This document shows positions 61,658 to 64,000 of a DNA stretch of 64,000 nucleotides, in pieces. This DNA comes from Spizellomyces punctatus DAOM BR117 (Eukaryota): the NCBI GenBank assembly GCA_000182565.2, contig KQ257450.1. One strand, 5' to 3'. A model generated the notes under the pieces. That model saw only the letters and a program-made list of their open reading frames with translations, was not told the origin of the DNA and searched no databases. The position numbers and the translations under genes were made by a program. Numbering within the stretch: position 1 is the stretch's first letter; every line of letters starts with the position of its first letter.

Positions 61658-64000
61658 ATGGGAGGTGAATATCGGACGGACGTAGAGCTGCCTTCTCTGG
61701 AAACACCAAACATTGAAGCATCCCCATCACGGCCATCTGCGACCGTGGGAATGGAACCTGCGCCTGGGAAAATTCAAACGAAACCAGAAAGTCCCATTGC
61801 ACCAGAGAATTGGATAGATCAAATATTAGGTGGGATGGAGTCTAATTTCTCTGCGACAGAAAATGGGGGTGCGGAAGCGACAAATGTCACAAACGAAACC
61901 GTTGAGGATCTGGCCGCATTCTTGCGAGAAGGACCGCAAGATCTTGCGGACACCGACCAAAAGTTTAACGGGGGAAATGCTGCTCTGGAAGATACGCATG
62001 CTTCTACGCAAACCCTGGAAGACAAGGAGATCGTTCCGCAGACTTTGGAGAACAGCGTGGTCCAATTAGATGGGCTCGCGGCGCTGGAAGCCGAGACAAT
62101 AGTGGAGGACGGATTAACAGTCGTAACAACAGAGGACGTCTGTCTATCAGCTGTAGATTCTGTGGCATCATCCATAAAGTCAAGCGAACCGCAACCGGGA
62201 GAGGGGTTATTTAAGGTTGACACTCGGCCGGCTCTGGGTAATGTCTCAGCGGACTATGGCGAAGAGCGAGGAAATAAGGATGAGTGGAATTGGATCAGTG
62301 ACGATGAAAAGCTAGGCGAAAAAGACATAAAGGAGCAACCTAGAGAGCGTCTGCCAACGGGATTAGGTGTTGGAGAAATGGAAGAAATCAGCGAGGATGA
62401 GGAGCAGGAAGAAAACATAGATCAACCGTCGACCATATTGTCGAAAACTGTGGAAACTACCATTAAGCCGGTTCCTGAGAGCGAAAGAAGCGTCGCCACT
62501 GATGTATCATCCATTTCAACGAAAATCGAAACCGCGTCTGACACTGCCCTTGAAATCAAAAGCGAGAAGATTGAGCTAGTAGAAAAATTGGAATCCGTGA
62601 TCGAACCGGCTCTTGAGGTCAAAGAGGAGAGCAAATACGAAGGGGACGCAGATGAGGGAGAAGGAAGTGACTTTGAATTCAGTGATGAGTATGTATGGGT
62701 ACCTTTTGTGGCCTCCCGTGTAGATTTTCTGCTGTAAGCCTCCTACTTATGCTCATCCTGTTGGACAAACTAGAGACACATCATCAGATGAAGAAGTTGA
62801 ACCCACGTTGAGTCTTCAGGAAAGAGAACGTCGTTTGGTCGCCATGGATGAAAACGGTGGCGATGATGATGACCAACCCTCCGCTACCCGTCTTCGCACA
62901 AAAAACGAGCTCGCCGCACTCCCAAAAATAGAGCCCATAACAGAACCGATACCGCAAGATGCTTCGCTTCGCTCCATTGGTACCATCCATTCCACTGTTG
63001 ATGACCTCCTTGTTATCCAATCACCACCTACAGACAATACCGATCGCGTCTTGGACGCAGATACCATTGTTCTGTTCTCGGACAGAACGCCGTTGGGAAG
63101 GATCTTTGAGACTTTTGGACCGGTGACAAAGCCGCTTTACAGCATTAGATTCAATTCAGTCGAGGAGGTGCAGGCGATGCTGGAGAAGAGTGGAACGGGA
63201 ACAGAAGTGTTTGTTGCTGAAGGATTGGAAAAAGTGGTGTTTACTAGGGTTTTGAAAGCATACAAGGGCAGTGATGCTTCTAATATCCACGACGAGGAAG
63301 TTGGTGAAGAGGTAGGTCTTGATGCGACACAGATTGTCTAATTATGAACGATATGTTAACTATTTATGGCAGGAGATGGAGTTTTCCGACGACGAACAAG
63401 AAGCAGAGTTTAAACGTCAACTCAAGTTGAAGCGGAAGCGAGCTGCAAATACACAGGTGGACGGGTACGTATTTCTCATTTACTGCAACGGACGTGCAAT
63501 AGGTTTTCACAGCCCCCTTTCATCAGAAATACCGGTTCTCCGGGACCAGCGGACCAGGCACTTATGGATAATGCGGAGTATCAGATTCTTCAGCGCCCTC
63601 GCGGCCAGCAGCAGGCGCGAGGCCGATCACCTCAAATGTCAAATTACAACAATCGGTACCCTAATTCTGGCGGTTCGCACTCTCATACAAGTTTGAACGA
63701 CGGGTTCAGACGAGGCCGGGGCAGTCATGACGGCGGTTTCAGAGGCCACCATCAACGAGGGGGACGAGGCGGACGGGGTCGCGGAGGATATCAACAGTCA
63801 CGAGGAGGATATGCTCAGTCACATCCATTTCAACAACAAGGTTACCCACAACAATATCCATCTCAAGCTTTCCCACCATACCCTCCCAACCCGATCCCCA
63901 ACCAGCAGCAGCAGCAACTGGCGCTCGCTGCGCTGAGCTTGCTCAACGCAAATAATCCGGCGATGCAGAATATGGGAATGATGGGCGGGTTTGATATTTC
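61658..64000 (+). CDS. NAF1: H/ACA RNP assembly factor Naf1 (multi-exon; runs off the window end)
   Basis: RTKNE, LGRIFETFGPVTKPLYSIRF, KGSDASNIHDEEVGEEEMEFSDDEQEAEFK; RGG-rich tail. Confidence 0.92.

Overview
Eukaryotic, gene-dense, intron-rich DNA (short GT-AG introns), most consistent with a flagellated early-diverging fungus (chytrid-like). This is inferred from fungal-type housekeeping genes alongside ciliary kinesin-II and a CFAP97-domain gene. About 25 protein genes are recognisable: PEX19, TFB4, RPC5, SGF29, kinesin-II, GST, syntaxin, PDCD2L, DHODH, metaxin, URA5, SEC10, LENG1, a mitochondrial carrier, CWC21, calcineurin-B-like, ECO1, CFAP97-like, NDUFAF7, HUB1, RMC1, NAXD, CMTR1-like, MRPL22, RanBP9/10, ING and NAF1 (partial). 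Main unusual elements: (1) an intronic box C/D snoRNA with two guides that both match U6 snRNA, in an apparently non-coding host between PEX19 and TFB4; (2) a ~10.6 kb gene-poor island (34.3-44.9 kb) containing an assembly gap, one tRNA-Trp gene preceded by a repeat-spacer array of its own 5' end and followed by scattered copies of its 3' end, many local duplications, and degenerate telomere-like repeats; (3) a CMTR1-like gene with a substituted catalytic lysine; (4) recurring RFX X-box-like motifs in divergent promoters. Exon boundaries were read by eye, so gene coordinates are spans including introns.
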